A stretch of DNA of 60,796 bases, counting the filler, from Hausera hauseri (Eukaryota): NCBI GenBank assembly GCA_046269625.1. It is 11 parts of 11 records of this genome, joined end to end, with 100 filler letters (N's around TTAATTAATTAA, not from the genome) between each part and the next. Parts side by side here need not be neighbours in the genome. Positions count along the whole stretch, not along the records: positions 35,901 to 40,555 come from JBJURY010488242.1; positions 40,656 to 45,561 come from JBJURY010395256.1; positions 45,662 to 49,625 come from JBJURY010854188.1; 8 more parts are not named here. One strand, given 5' to 3'. Shown here in pieces: positions 38,992 through 49,725 of the stretch. Numbering within the stretch: position 1 is the first letter of the stretch; every line of letters begins with the position of its first letter. Below the pieces are notes generated by a model, which was given only the letters and a program-made list of their open reading frames with translations, did not search any database and had not been told where the DNA came from. A program made the translations under genes and the position numbers.

Positions 38992-40655
38992 CAAGATCTT
39001 GAAAATATTAAGCTGTTTGATAATTTTGCTGGGAATTGACTTGTTTTTTAAAAAAAGGGTTTGCTCTGACATCCGTTTAAATTTAACTTGAGACATGAGT
39101 CTCAAACATTTTTATTGAAAACATTTAAAAGTATTACATTTTCATTGCAGTCATCACAGAATTTATAACAAGTTACTGCAAGTACCCTGAAGAGAAAATA
39201 ATAAATCATTGCTAACAATGTTTTTTCAATAGTGAAAATAAAACTTGACTGGAACAGGAAATTGCCATGAAAGTTACAAGAGTAAAACATATGATTCAAC
39301 ATGCTATTGTGCCTTGGTTTTTTTCCTTTAAGGCCCTGTCACACTTGACAACTTGTGAAATATTTTTGTATAAATTGCTTAAAAGTTAAATTTTTTATCA
39401 ATTTGTTTGAATTACATTATGTACACACAGAAAATGCTTACAGATCATTTTTTTCAATTCCATCTTTAAAGTAGACTTCTTTAAACCGTTCATAATTTGG
39501 CACAAGTTGTCTAGTGGGACAGGGCCTTTAGACAGAGTGGCTTACACCCTGTCAAAACTTTGCCCGTGGCATATGGCTAGTGTTAAGATGTTTTTGAATT
39601 CAGCGAACGTTTTCAAGTGAGCTGAGGGGAATGTAACTGTACGACTACAGGCACTAACAGTTGGAAAACAAACTGTGTGTTGTGTATTTATCTGCAAGTG
39701 ATGAAGAACAAAGCAGAACTGATTGTAGAGAAGTTACTGATGGATAAGAAGGTTCTGATCTATAAAAAATACTATGAAGGCAAGAAGAGCTGCAGCTCCA
39801 CTAGAGATGTCCTGGACGCATCATCCTGGCTTCAAATCATCCATTGCTTACTGCTTTATGGCAGTATTAACAATAAAATCAATCTTTTTTTTAAATATCT
39901 GATTGTAAGGACTATTTTCCTTCAATCCAGCTTCTGCTGCAGCATATTTTACATCTGAGTTTCAGTCGCTGAAGCAGGAAATACACAACCACCTGAGACG
40001 GTTCATTTATGTCAAAACACATTTTAAACTATTCACCAGTTTTTAAATTGTGCTAAAAAGGTCATGTGAAACCAGAGTTATAATAAATAATTCACCAATT
40101 TTACAATTTTATTGTATATTTGCGTAAACTGCCTCCATCTACTCTGCTTTTATAACACTCCTTTCATCTCCACAGAGAAAAATAAACAATAATATGTTTA
40201 TTTATAGATTAATTCTTCCAGCTTGATTCTATATGCAATAAAACAACCAAAGCTGCTTTATTTCATGTGTAAAATTGTGTGTGTACTGTCATATTAATGT
40301 TCATTATTATACATTTAATTATGGAAATACCCCTTGGCTATGTGTCACAAAAGAAATCAATCAAAACAGCATTTATTGTTTGTTGTTTTGTAACCAACTC
40401 AGGGCACATTTAGACAAATAGGAGGTGTTATTTTACACCCAGGAGCTTTGCTCATGGAGTTTTACAGTTTTTTCAGGCCCTAACCTTCTACAGTTTCCGA
40501 ATAGAAGATTAGGCAAATGAGTCATAGTGAGGCGTGTGTTTGTGCTGAAGCTGCCNNNNNNNNNNNNNNNNNNNNNNNNNNNNNNNNNNNNNNNNNNNNT
40601 TAATTAATTAANNNNNNNNNNNNNNNNNNNNNNNNNNNNNNNNNNNNNNNNNNNN

Positions 40656-42199
40656 GGTTTATTCTCACTAATGTAGGGTGAGAATACCTCCAAAGCGAAA
40701 ATTACTGCTAATAATTCCTTTTCTATTACCGAATATTTCGTTTGATGTTTGTTTAGTTTCTTTGATGCATATGCCACAGGATGCTCCTTGCCATCCTTAT
40801 CTTTTTGCGATAATACTGCTCCAACTCCATAATCGCTTGCATCCGTTGCCAATATAAAAGGTTTAGTCATGTCTGGATACATGAGAATAGGAGCATTTAG
40901 CAATCTTTCTTTTAAATCATTGAAGGCATTTTGACAATCATTATTCCATAGTACCTTTTCTAGATCCTCCCGTAACAATTCGTAGAGCGGTCGAGCTATC
41001 TTACTAAAATTCTTTATGAACCTACGATAATAATTTACCAATCCCAGAAATTGACGTAATTCTTTTACTGTCGTTGGCTTTGGAAAATCTTTTATTTTTC
41101 CTACTAATCTATCCTGAGGCTTTACGCCATTTCTGTCCACTCGATGTCCGAGGAAATCCACTTCCGCTTGGGCGAACATACATTTCTTTGGGTTTATTTT
41201 CAAACCCATGATTTCACATCGATCAAAAAGGTCCTGTAAATCCTTCAGATGTTGTGGAAAGTCCGACGATGCTATTATCACATCATCGATATATACCATG
41301 GCATGTGGTGCATCCAAGAGTAATAGTTCCGTTCCTCGTTGAAATGTTGGCGGTCCATTTTTTAATCCAAATGGCATTCTATTAAATTCCCATAGCCCTT
41401 CTCCTATTGAAAATGCTGTTTTAGGTTTATCTTCTTCTCTTACCTCTACTTGCCAATATCCCTTTTGTAGATCGATGGTGGTAAATATTGTTGCACCATG
41501 TAACCTATCCAATATCTCATCGACCCTTGGTAATGGATAAGTGTCGGTTTCTGTTACCTCATTAAGTGCCCTATAGTCAATACAAAATCTCATAGTACCG
41601 TCTTTCTTTTTGACCATCACCACTGGAGCCGTCCATGGCGAGCAGCTTGGTCGTATTATTTTATTCTCTCTCATTTCTTTGATAATTTTTCGGGCCTCTT
41701 CCTTTTTATCGTACGCCAGTTTATAAGGCCGTTTTTTAATCGGCTTATCTTGTCCCTCCTTTAACTTAATAACATGTTGGATGATATTCATTGTCCCTAA
41801 GTCATAATCATTTTGGGCAAACCGGTTATTATTGTTTTCTAATAATTGGCACAGCATTTCTTTTTCGTCCTCTGATAATATCGTAGAATTTTGCAATTTT
41901 TCTCTCCAATTAATCATATTCATTTTCTTTTCCTTATTCCGGTTAACATCCAATTTTAATTTTTTTGACATCATCTTTTCTATCTTATCTGTATCTGAAA
42001 TAATTGACTTGGTCTCTTCTCTGTGTATTTCTTCAATTGGCGTTATTACCCCAAGTCTAGTATTCATTTTTAATCGTTTTTCTTTCGTTCCTATGTTACA
42101 GATTCTTAAGTGGACTCTTCCATTCCTTATTTGGTCCACATGTGGTGCCACTAAGATATCGTATTTCTCCATTACATAGAGAGATGGCTCAAAATACAC
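40656..42199 (-). CDS. pol: Ty3/Gypsy reverse transcriptase + RNase H (truncated by contig end)
   Basis: SPWTAPVVMVKKKDGTMRFCIDYRALN, IDLQKGYWQ, MPFGLKN, VYIDDV, TDASDYGVGAVLSQ, YSVIEKELLA; offset from the upstream ORF at an A8 run. Confidence 0.95.
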
Positions 42200-45100
42200 T
42201 GATCTTTCCGGGATTTTTTTTCTATTCTACCAGGCACTATTATTTCTGAACGTGGTGGGATGATACTATCTTCTATGAGTGAGACGGTTTCTTCGTATCT
42301 CTTTTTGTTAAACTTTCTAAGTTGGCCTGTCTTAACGTCAATATATACATCCTCTAACTGGTGCAATACGTCGCATCCTAACAGTATTTCGTTGGTTAGG
42401 TTCTCGGCTACTCTTATAGCATGCTTTATCACTTGGTCACCAATTTTAATCTTAGCATCTAAAACCAATTTTATCTCCTCCTCCATTCCAAATGCTCCTA
42501 CATTAATTAAGGTCTCTTCGAGCTTTCGTAGTTTACTTTTTAATTCTTTGGGAACTTGGCTTCTTCCCATAATTGTGGTTGTTGAACCCGTGTCTATTAG
42601 GGCAATTAATGGATGTCCATTTACTTCTATTTCTATCTCAGGTCTCGTATATAAGGCTTGGTTTTTCGAACTTACCGTACAAGTAACTTCACGATTATAT
42701 TGTGTAGGGTTCTCGTCGTAATCCTGTTTTATTCTTAGGATTTGATATGTGGGATACATTCCCCCGTGTTTTACATACTGCGGAGCCGAGGGGTTCATCG
42801 GCAATTGTTCATTGTATACCTGCCCGTGGTATTCATCCGCGGGATTTAACTGAGGTAAGTCGGTTACTAACTTCCTTTGGTATTTCTGTTTACGGGGTTT
42901 CAGCGACAACCTTTTTAATCCTTGAATGTACCTATTACTTTTAGGTCTCGTGTCTACATCATCGTCGCCGCTCCTTCCATTCAAGGTGCTGTAAGGCGAA
43001 TTGTTATCGGCCCTGTAATTTCCTCCTTTAGTTATTTTCTTCTTCCACCTTGCATCATGGTTTGCTAGAAAACAACTGGCTACTGCTGGTATCACCGCTA
43101 TAAGAATTTTCCACGAACATCCGACTGCTGCGTGTATTCCGTAGGCTTTTCCTAGCGCCGTAAATACTGTCCGTATGGCACTTATGATAAAATATATTGC
43201 CAAAAATCCCGATGCTGCCTGACCAAAATATAAAAACTTTCCCCACATTCTTTCCATCACATTTCTTGTAACCTTCTTCAAATAATCCTTTCCCATTAAA
43301 TTTTCCCAATGTGGGGAACCTTCTCCATCCCACATTACTTTTCTTGTTAGTTCCGTTATTATCCGTTGTCTTTGTTGAGGGAATAATAACATCCTTCGAT
43401 AATCCTCTAAATTTTGTTGCGTGTAAATACCTCCTTGGGATATACCCGTTAGTGGTTCGAATTTTTGATTTCTTTGTAAACTGATCAGACTTAAAGTTTC
43501 TGGTCTTGTCACTTCTTCTCGCTTTGGCATTCTAAACCACTTATCGTTTATCTTAAACATAGGTGACATATTAAATGTGCAATTGTCAAGTTGTGTGGGT
43601 CTTGCTTTAGCATCTAGTAATATACGAGTTACTGGTATTACATATCGAGGTTCCATATTATAGATCACCGGCAATTCTGAGGTACATTCTTCAGTCTCTC
43701 TAATTGCTACCTCTACCTTCTTGCATTCAATTGTTATTAATACTTCACCCATTACTCGCCCAATTACTCCGTCTCCGAAGGGCATTACCGGGGCCACCAT
43801 ATCTGGGTTCGTTATTACTAACGCCATCTTATTGCGTATTATTTCGTAATTCAATTTACATTCGTTCAGTATTATTTCTCTGTACAAATTTCTTATTTCT
43901 CGTCGTACATAATTAATCAAATAGTCTATTTTATTATCAAAATATTGGGTTACTTTTATGTCTTTCTTATCTATTTTTGTTTTTGCTTCTGCTACCTCTC
44001 TCGAAGAGAGATATAGTCCTTTGTAATTAGTCTTAAACATTTCTTCATTACATTTATTTATTACTCCCATAATTCTAAAACGCATCATTTCCTCGGGGTT
44101 CTGTGAATATACTACTGTTGCCACTTCCATCATTTTCACTTCTTTGACCCCTTCTCTATAAGTTGCTGTTTCCTTCTCAGCCGTTTTCCCAACCGTTTTA
44201 TTAAATTTCCCTTCTTTCAACAAAGTCAGGTGGCAACGGTTCGCGGATATTTCCCATGTCATCTTAGATTCCCCTGTATCACACTCTCCACTTTCGTATT
44301 CACATTCATTCATTATTGTCATGAGTCTCGTTTGTGAATCGAACAATCCTTCGTACTCCTTTAGTTGTACTTGATAATCCTCGATTGCCACCGTTCTTGG
44401 AGCAATTGTTCCTCCAACATCGTAATCTACTCCCTTACACGTACCTTCCATTGTCTTATCTATTCTTCCTGCTCTAAAAATTCTAGTATACTTTATCTTT
44501 CCTCGTACAGCTGGTATCTGAGCATTCTGTACTGTTATGATTCCGATTTTAAAAGCATCTTGGCATTCAGCCCGTGATATTATTATTGGCTCAAAAGGGG
44601 TCGTGGGTTCAATAATTGCTGAATTTCCTGAATAGTATGCGCAATTGAATAAGAAAAACGACTTCTTTACATAGCACTCTCGTATCTTAACTTTTATGAA
44701 TTCTGACTCCTGATACACCCAGTATCGGTGACCACTGGTTGTTGTTAATTGCTCTGGGTCCGCTTCAGGGCATTTCTCTAGGTCTATTAGCGAATACTTT
44801 TGCCCTTCTTTTGGCTTTGAACAATCATAAGCTACCATTCCCATAGCCTTAGGCATACATAGCGAGGCTATAAGTAATATTTGTAATACCTCCATAAACG
44901 ACATTCCTCCGAGACCGTGCTTATTAGCACTGGGTTGGGTTGTGGTTGGTCTCTCTGGTATTTCTCTCTCTGATCTTAGCCTGCCATTCATTAGACTAGG
45001 TATCCATCCTCCCCTGCATTGTGCCCAGTTTTCTAAAGTATCACGTAAGATTTTAACAGTGGTTCTTATATTTCGTTCAATTTCCTCCAGATTCTGTGTC

Positions 45101-45561
45101 TGATAATTTGTTACTATTACTTTATATATTAGATAAGCTATCACCGTAACAACTTTTTCCCTAGTGATCCCCGTAGCAAGCATCTTCTCTACTATATCCT
45201 GCTCATGTACTTCGTTAATTCGTTCCTCATTAATGTTTTCGTAAAATTGTCTGCTAACTCTCAGCATGCTATTCCGTAGCATTTGAAATAACTCGTCGGG
45301 GATAGTTATCTGCATATCAAATGATGCGAATGACGTATGAAGTTTGGCTAATAGCGTTCTTAGTAATGGATCTATATCCACCGATTCCGGTGTCGTATCG
45401 GTTCCTGCCAACAATAATCGTCGTACAATTTCCTCATTTCTATCCTTTTTATTTCTAATGTCACTTATCTTTGTTCCTTTTGGTCTTCCTTTTCTTCCTT
45501 TTTCTGTCTGTACCGTAACATCTTGAGTATCAGCGAACAATGGTCCTTCCCTTTCTTGAGG
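42172..45561 (-). CDS. env: Uninterrupted polyprotein: AT-hook - helical region - signal peptide - chuvirus-like fusion glycoprotein - TM - aspartic protease; open to contig edge
   Basis: KGRKGRPKG; LQILLIASLCMPKAMG|MVAYDC...YSLIDLEKC; GRVMGEVLITIEC, CTSELPVIY, GGIYT, FGQAASGFLAIYF; LIDTGS ... ILLGCDVL in the same 1122-aa frame. Confidence 0.88.
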   Translation of the reverse strand, partial: PQEREGPLFADTQDVTVQTEKGRKGRPKGTKISDIRNKKDRNEEIVRRLLLAGTDTTPESVDIDPLLRTLLAKLHTSFASFDMQITIPDELFQMLRNSMLRVSRQFYENINEERINEVHEQDIVEKMLATGITREKVVTVIAYLIYKVIVTNYQTQNLEEIERNIRTTVKILRDTLENWAQCRGGWIPSLMNGRLRSEREIPERPTTTQPSANKHGLGGMSFMEVLQILLIASLCMPKAMGMVAYDCSKPKEGQKYSLIDLEKCPEADPEQLTTTSGHRYWVYQESEFIKVKIRECYVKKSFFLFNCAYYSGNSAIIEPTTPFEPIIISRAECQDAFKIGIITVQNAQIPAVRGKIKYTRIFRAGRIDKTMEGTCKGVDYDVGGTIAPRTVAIEDYQVQLKEYEGLFDSQTRLMTIMNECEYESGECDTGESKMTWEISANRCHLTLLKEGKFNKTVGKTAEKETATYREGVKEVKMMEVATVVYSQNPEEMMRFRIMGVINKCNEEMFKTNYKGLYLSSREVAEAKTKIDKKDIKVTQYFDNKIDYLINYVRREIRNLYREIILNECKLNYEIIRNKMALVITNPDMVAPVMPFGDGVIGRVMGEVLITIECKKVEVAIRETEECTSELPVIYNMEPRYVIPVTRILLDAKARPTQLDNCTFNMSPMFKINDKWFRMPKREEVTRPETLSLISLQRNQKFEPLTGISQGGIYTQQNLEDYRRMLLFPQQRQRIITELTRKVMWDGEGSPHWENLMGKDYLKKVTRNVMERMWGKFLYFGQAASGFLAIYFIISAIRTVFTALGKAYGIHAAVGCSWKILIAVIPAVASCFLANHDARWKKKITKGGNYRADNNSPYSTLNGRSGDDDVDTRPKSNRYIQGLKRLSLKPRKQKYQRKLVTDLPQLNPADEYHGQVYNEQLPMNPSAPQYVKHGGMYPTYQILRIKQDYDENPTQYNREVTCTVSSKNQALYTRPEIEIEVNGHPLIALIDTGSTTTIMGRSQVPKELKSKLRKLEETLINVGAFGMEEEIKLVLDAKIKIGDQVIKHAIRVAENLTNEILLGCDVLHQLEDVYIDVKTGQLRKFNKKRYEETVSLIEDSIIPPRSEIIVPGRIEKKSRKDQCILSHLSM

Positions 45562-46019
45562 NNNNNNNNNNNNNNNNNNNNNNNNNNNNNNNNNNNNNNN
45601 NNNNNTTAATTAATTAANNNNNNNNNNNNNNNNNNNNNNNNNNNNNNNNNNNNNNNNNNNNGGGAAAAAAATTTGTTTTTTCCCACGCTCTACGGGCCAT
45701 GTTCCGCTCGTGGAACACTACACCCGGCCCGTACCGAGTCCGCCATACACGACCGTGGGAAAAAAACTGACCTTGTTCTCGACAACGCATAACCACCTAC
45801 TTCTCTCCAGTCCTCGGATTTCCATACAGGATACTTTAATCATCTACTAGTACTTTGGGCTAAAATTAAAATTACTGGTTCCCAAATGCTCTGTGATGTG
45901 TCATACTCAGGATAAACGGATACCCAGCGATATTTACAAGAATAAATGAAACTCCAATAAAACCATAAAATTTTGAAATCGTTTAATGAATAAAACTTTT
46001 GTTATGATTCTATTCCATC

Positions 46020-47900
46020 GAAGACAACTTTCACCTTTGAAGCCCTAAATTCGCCGCCGTATGTTGATGCACCACGTATTCAACTCCACGCGAGGAGTGT
46101 TCAACGTCTTTTCTCGTTCGTTAAATATTTGAACTTTCTTCTCCAATTCCTTCAGTTAGGCCCTTAGCTTCTCTCTCACCATCCGAGTGTCCCACAATGT
46201 TATACAGACATAGGTTCGAACCATATAAACATTCACTTGTTATCCGAAATCTTTTAGTTCTAACATCAGTTGACCTTCTCGACTCGGTCAAACGTTTTCT
46301 TATCTCACTTTTACTCGATTCAGAACCGTTCAATTTGGATTGAAGATTGTTAGTCAGACATTTTAAATAGACCACGTATTTTCGTTGTCTTCCTTATTTA
46401 ACTTTGTTATCAGGACCAGCCCTAGTTCTCCCTAACACATCCAATGTACTGCGAATCCAGAAGAATTGTGTCTTAGACTATTCGACTCGAACTATATATT
46501 AGGTTAAGTTCTCAACCACTACTACACCCTTATCAGCTATTTGGGACATAACAATCCGAACAACTCCCCGTGAAGACGATTGTACACCTTTGGGTAATTT
46601 GTTCAACCTTGATTTAATATAAATTTTTTATTCTTTCTCTTTTACTATCTCTGGAAATCCACTTTCTTTGCTGTTAGTATTCTCGTCACTCTCGCCTTCT
46701 TGCAACTCTCCTTCGTTTACCTAGATTCCATCCACCTTCTCTTGAACTACACATGGTACAGTTTTCGACTCTTCTACCTTTTCCATTTTTAGGTCTTTTG
46801 AAAGGCATTTTCGGACGTATGGCGTCGGATTTTTTCACTATCGTTTCCCATGTGTTCTCTACATTCGTACTTTTTGTTAACGTTTTCACAATGATGTGAG
46901 TTGTAGTCACTTCGGAATCAGATACTCTCCTAGGTGGTTGGAAACTCACCCAAAGTTTAAATTCAGTTAGACACCAATCCACGAATTTTATAAAGTTCCT
47001 ACGTTTGAGTTCAACAATCGATTGATTAACTTATTTTCGAGAGTTTTTCCCACGATACTAAATTTCACAACACATGTATTGACCATAACTCAAACCACGG
47101 GACACCATCTGACCACGTTTTTTAAACCACGACCTTGTGGTCACACTTGTGGACATGGCGTTATAACACATTCTGGATGTTGACAGTAATGATGTACGAC
47201 ATGTGATTGAAGAATGTATTTGGGAATAAGGAACAACTCCAGTACACAACTGATCGATGTCTGCATTAGGTGTAGGATCGAATCTTAACGAAACAATTAC
47301 ACAATTAATTTCTCGAGCCATAACTTGACCTAGATTAATGTAAGTTAGGCAATTTATGTCTAGAAAACTACGGTGAGTGGTACAAACGGCCTTGTTACCT
47401 ATTGTAATTGTGAAGATGCAATTCTGTACTGACCAGACGAAACCTAACACTTCATCACGAGGTTTAACTACTGAAGTTAACAAATTCGAGTTTAGGAATA
47501 CGATCAGCTGGAATCCGTTTCGTTTCGCGTAATCAAATGTCGATACTTCAAGTATTAAGGCTATAAAACCCAAATTTATAGATCCATGACAAATGAAAAT
47601 ATCACGTGACATTTCTTGATCTCACCAAACTTTCCCATAACATTTGCTATGATATCGATCTGGTGTTTACTAATTACGAAAAGTACCCTTGTGAAATCAT
47701 CGGCCCCATCGTCCAAGGATAGGAATAACTGAATCGGATGAGATAAACCCTTATATGACCTCGTTCTGGTTTCGTTAACCACTACTGACTCCATATCATA
47801 ACTGTGATGAATCAACTCAATTAAACGTTACCCAGTCCATGTTTTCGTTATCTTATTTGTCATCCTTATTTTCTGTGGATCATTATCAATGACCTTGTCT
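46020..47900 (-). pseudogene. Decayed coding-like region of unknown family
   Basis: Several minus-strand ORF fragments (47058-47612, 46686-46982, 46121-46375); no recognisable motif. Confidence 0.25.
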
Positions 47901-48347
47901 CCTAAGACTTTATGTGTCCATCCATGCTGGTTCGAGTGATTTTGAAGGCTGACAACAATGTTTTTCACATTATCTTCCTACCTCACCATTTCATATGAAC
48001 CACCAATAATTTCCTCGAATCTATTATAGAATTCATAAAATCTATAAACGATCAAAATAAAACGAAAATCTTCTACTAAGTTTTTACGTTTTCATCTTCT
48101 GATAAATTCTGAACTTCATTATGATAAAATAAATAAATTCCGAAAGGAATTTCTCGTAAACTCAACATATAATGGTATGTTTTTTCTTCATCGCTGTGAA
48201 AGAAATTGAAAAATTCCGCAATAATTTTATTTATTAAACTTCAAAATTTTTCCATTTTTTCCTCATTACCGCTTTCAAGCAGTAAAACAAAATGACACAA
48301 CAAGGGTGCTTCTAAAATTTCTAAAAACTGTATAACTTTCCGTTTTA

Positions 48348-48419
48348 CGACAGGTGTTCAAAAATTTTTGATCAAATGCATGAAAGCAATAGGCTACAAA
48401 AATTTTTGAATGCTCCTCG
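48348..48419. mobile_element. 72-bp mariner-type MITE with TA flanks
   Basis: TA|CGACAGGTGTTCAAAAATTTTTG ... CAAAAATTTTTGAATGCTCCTCG|TA imperfect TIRs. Confidence 0.6.
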
Positions 48420-48526
48420 TATTAAGCAACTTTAGAGAAATGTTATCATGAATTTTCACATTCTTAAAGCTTACCTTTGTTTAAATAGTATGCATATATT
48501 TATACTCTTTTGTTTTCTTTTTCAAA

Positions 48527-48885
48527 TTACGGATAAGTTGGAATATCGAACAGTCATTAAATTTCGCACCAAAAAGGGGTTAAACAGCAATGAAATCCTA
48601 CATGAGTTGGTGGTCGTATGCCAAGCTGAGGCTTCTTCAAGACACACAGTCGAGCAGTGGCATCATGAATTCCTACATGGCAGAGTCAACCTCCAAGATG
48701 ATGAACACACTGGAAGGCCAACCACCAGTAGTTCAGAGCAAAATGTTCTTGCTGTTCAGCGCATGGTGATAAATGATTCTCTGGTGAAAGTCAAGGCGAT
48801 TGTAGAGACTCTTCATATTTCAACGGGTACAGTTCACTCCATCCTCCATGATCATCTAAAGATGAGTAATGTTTGTGCCCAATAA
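48527..48885 (+). pseudogene. Mariner (Mos1-like) transposase N-terminal HTH fragment
   Basis: EYRTVIKF...W..EF..GR.NLQDDEHTGRPTT...LHISTGTVHSILHDHLKMSNVCA; catalytic domain absent. Confidence 0.85.
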
Positions 48886-49725
48886 TATGCCGATGATAAT
48901 ATTTGCCGTAATGATATTAATAATACAGTTGGTAAGAACTATACTAATGAATTGACATTAAAGTTGAATGAGCATTTAATATACGATCAATAATTATCGA
49001 ATTGAAATTAAAACTATTGATGAATTTGATATGCAGTTGTACGATAATTAAACATACAGCCAATAATTACCTATAGAGCCGTCAAATTGATGTAAAACTT
49101 TTGACAAATCTTTTGTGTAAGTTTGCTTGCTGTGGGGAGCAGCCATATGAAAAACAACATTCAAAACTCAATAATAAACGCTAAAACTACTGTTAACCGT
49201 ATAAACAACGATGTGGTTTGTTGAAAGTGCATTTCGGTGTAGAATGAGAGTCAGGATATCTCCATAACCTCATTGGATGTTTTCTACTATAATGGTCATC
49301 TACAAAAGAAATAAGAAAACGTAATGTTCTAAATTCTCTATTTCATTTTACATTCCATTTTAATGTTTTCAGTGCAAAGGGTTAAATATCAAACAATACA
49401 GAAGTTACTTCGACAGAATATCTGTCATTATCAGCAAACAAATCTGCTTACAATGAACAGGACATTACTGCTAGTCAGAGTTTTACAAATTCTACAAGTT
49501 CTACAAGTGCAAAATTTTAAGCTGATTAATAATATGAAAAATATTTTTTAAAACAAATATAAGACTACGCAGTATGGGATTCTAAATGTTATGTCATTTC
49601 GCACTTCTTAAATTTCCCCTCTTACNNNNNNNNNNNNNNNNNNNNNNNNNNNNNNNNNNNNNNNNNNNNTTAATTAATTAANNNNNNNNNNNNNNNNNNN
49701 NNNNNNNNNNNNNNNNNNNNNNNNN

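Noticed and set aside
42200-42230. Programmed -1 frameshift at the A8 run between PR and RT
   Set aside because: The homologous region in the other copy (ORF 24720-25505) reads through in frame, so a homopolymer error or mutation is more likely. Raw reads would settle it.
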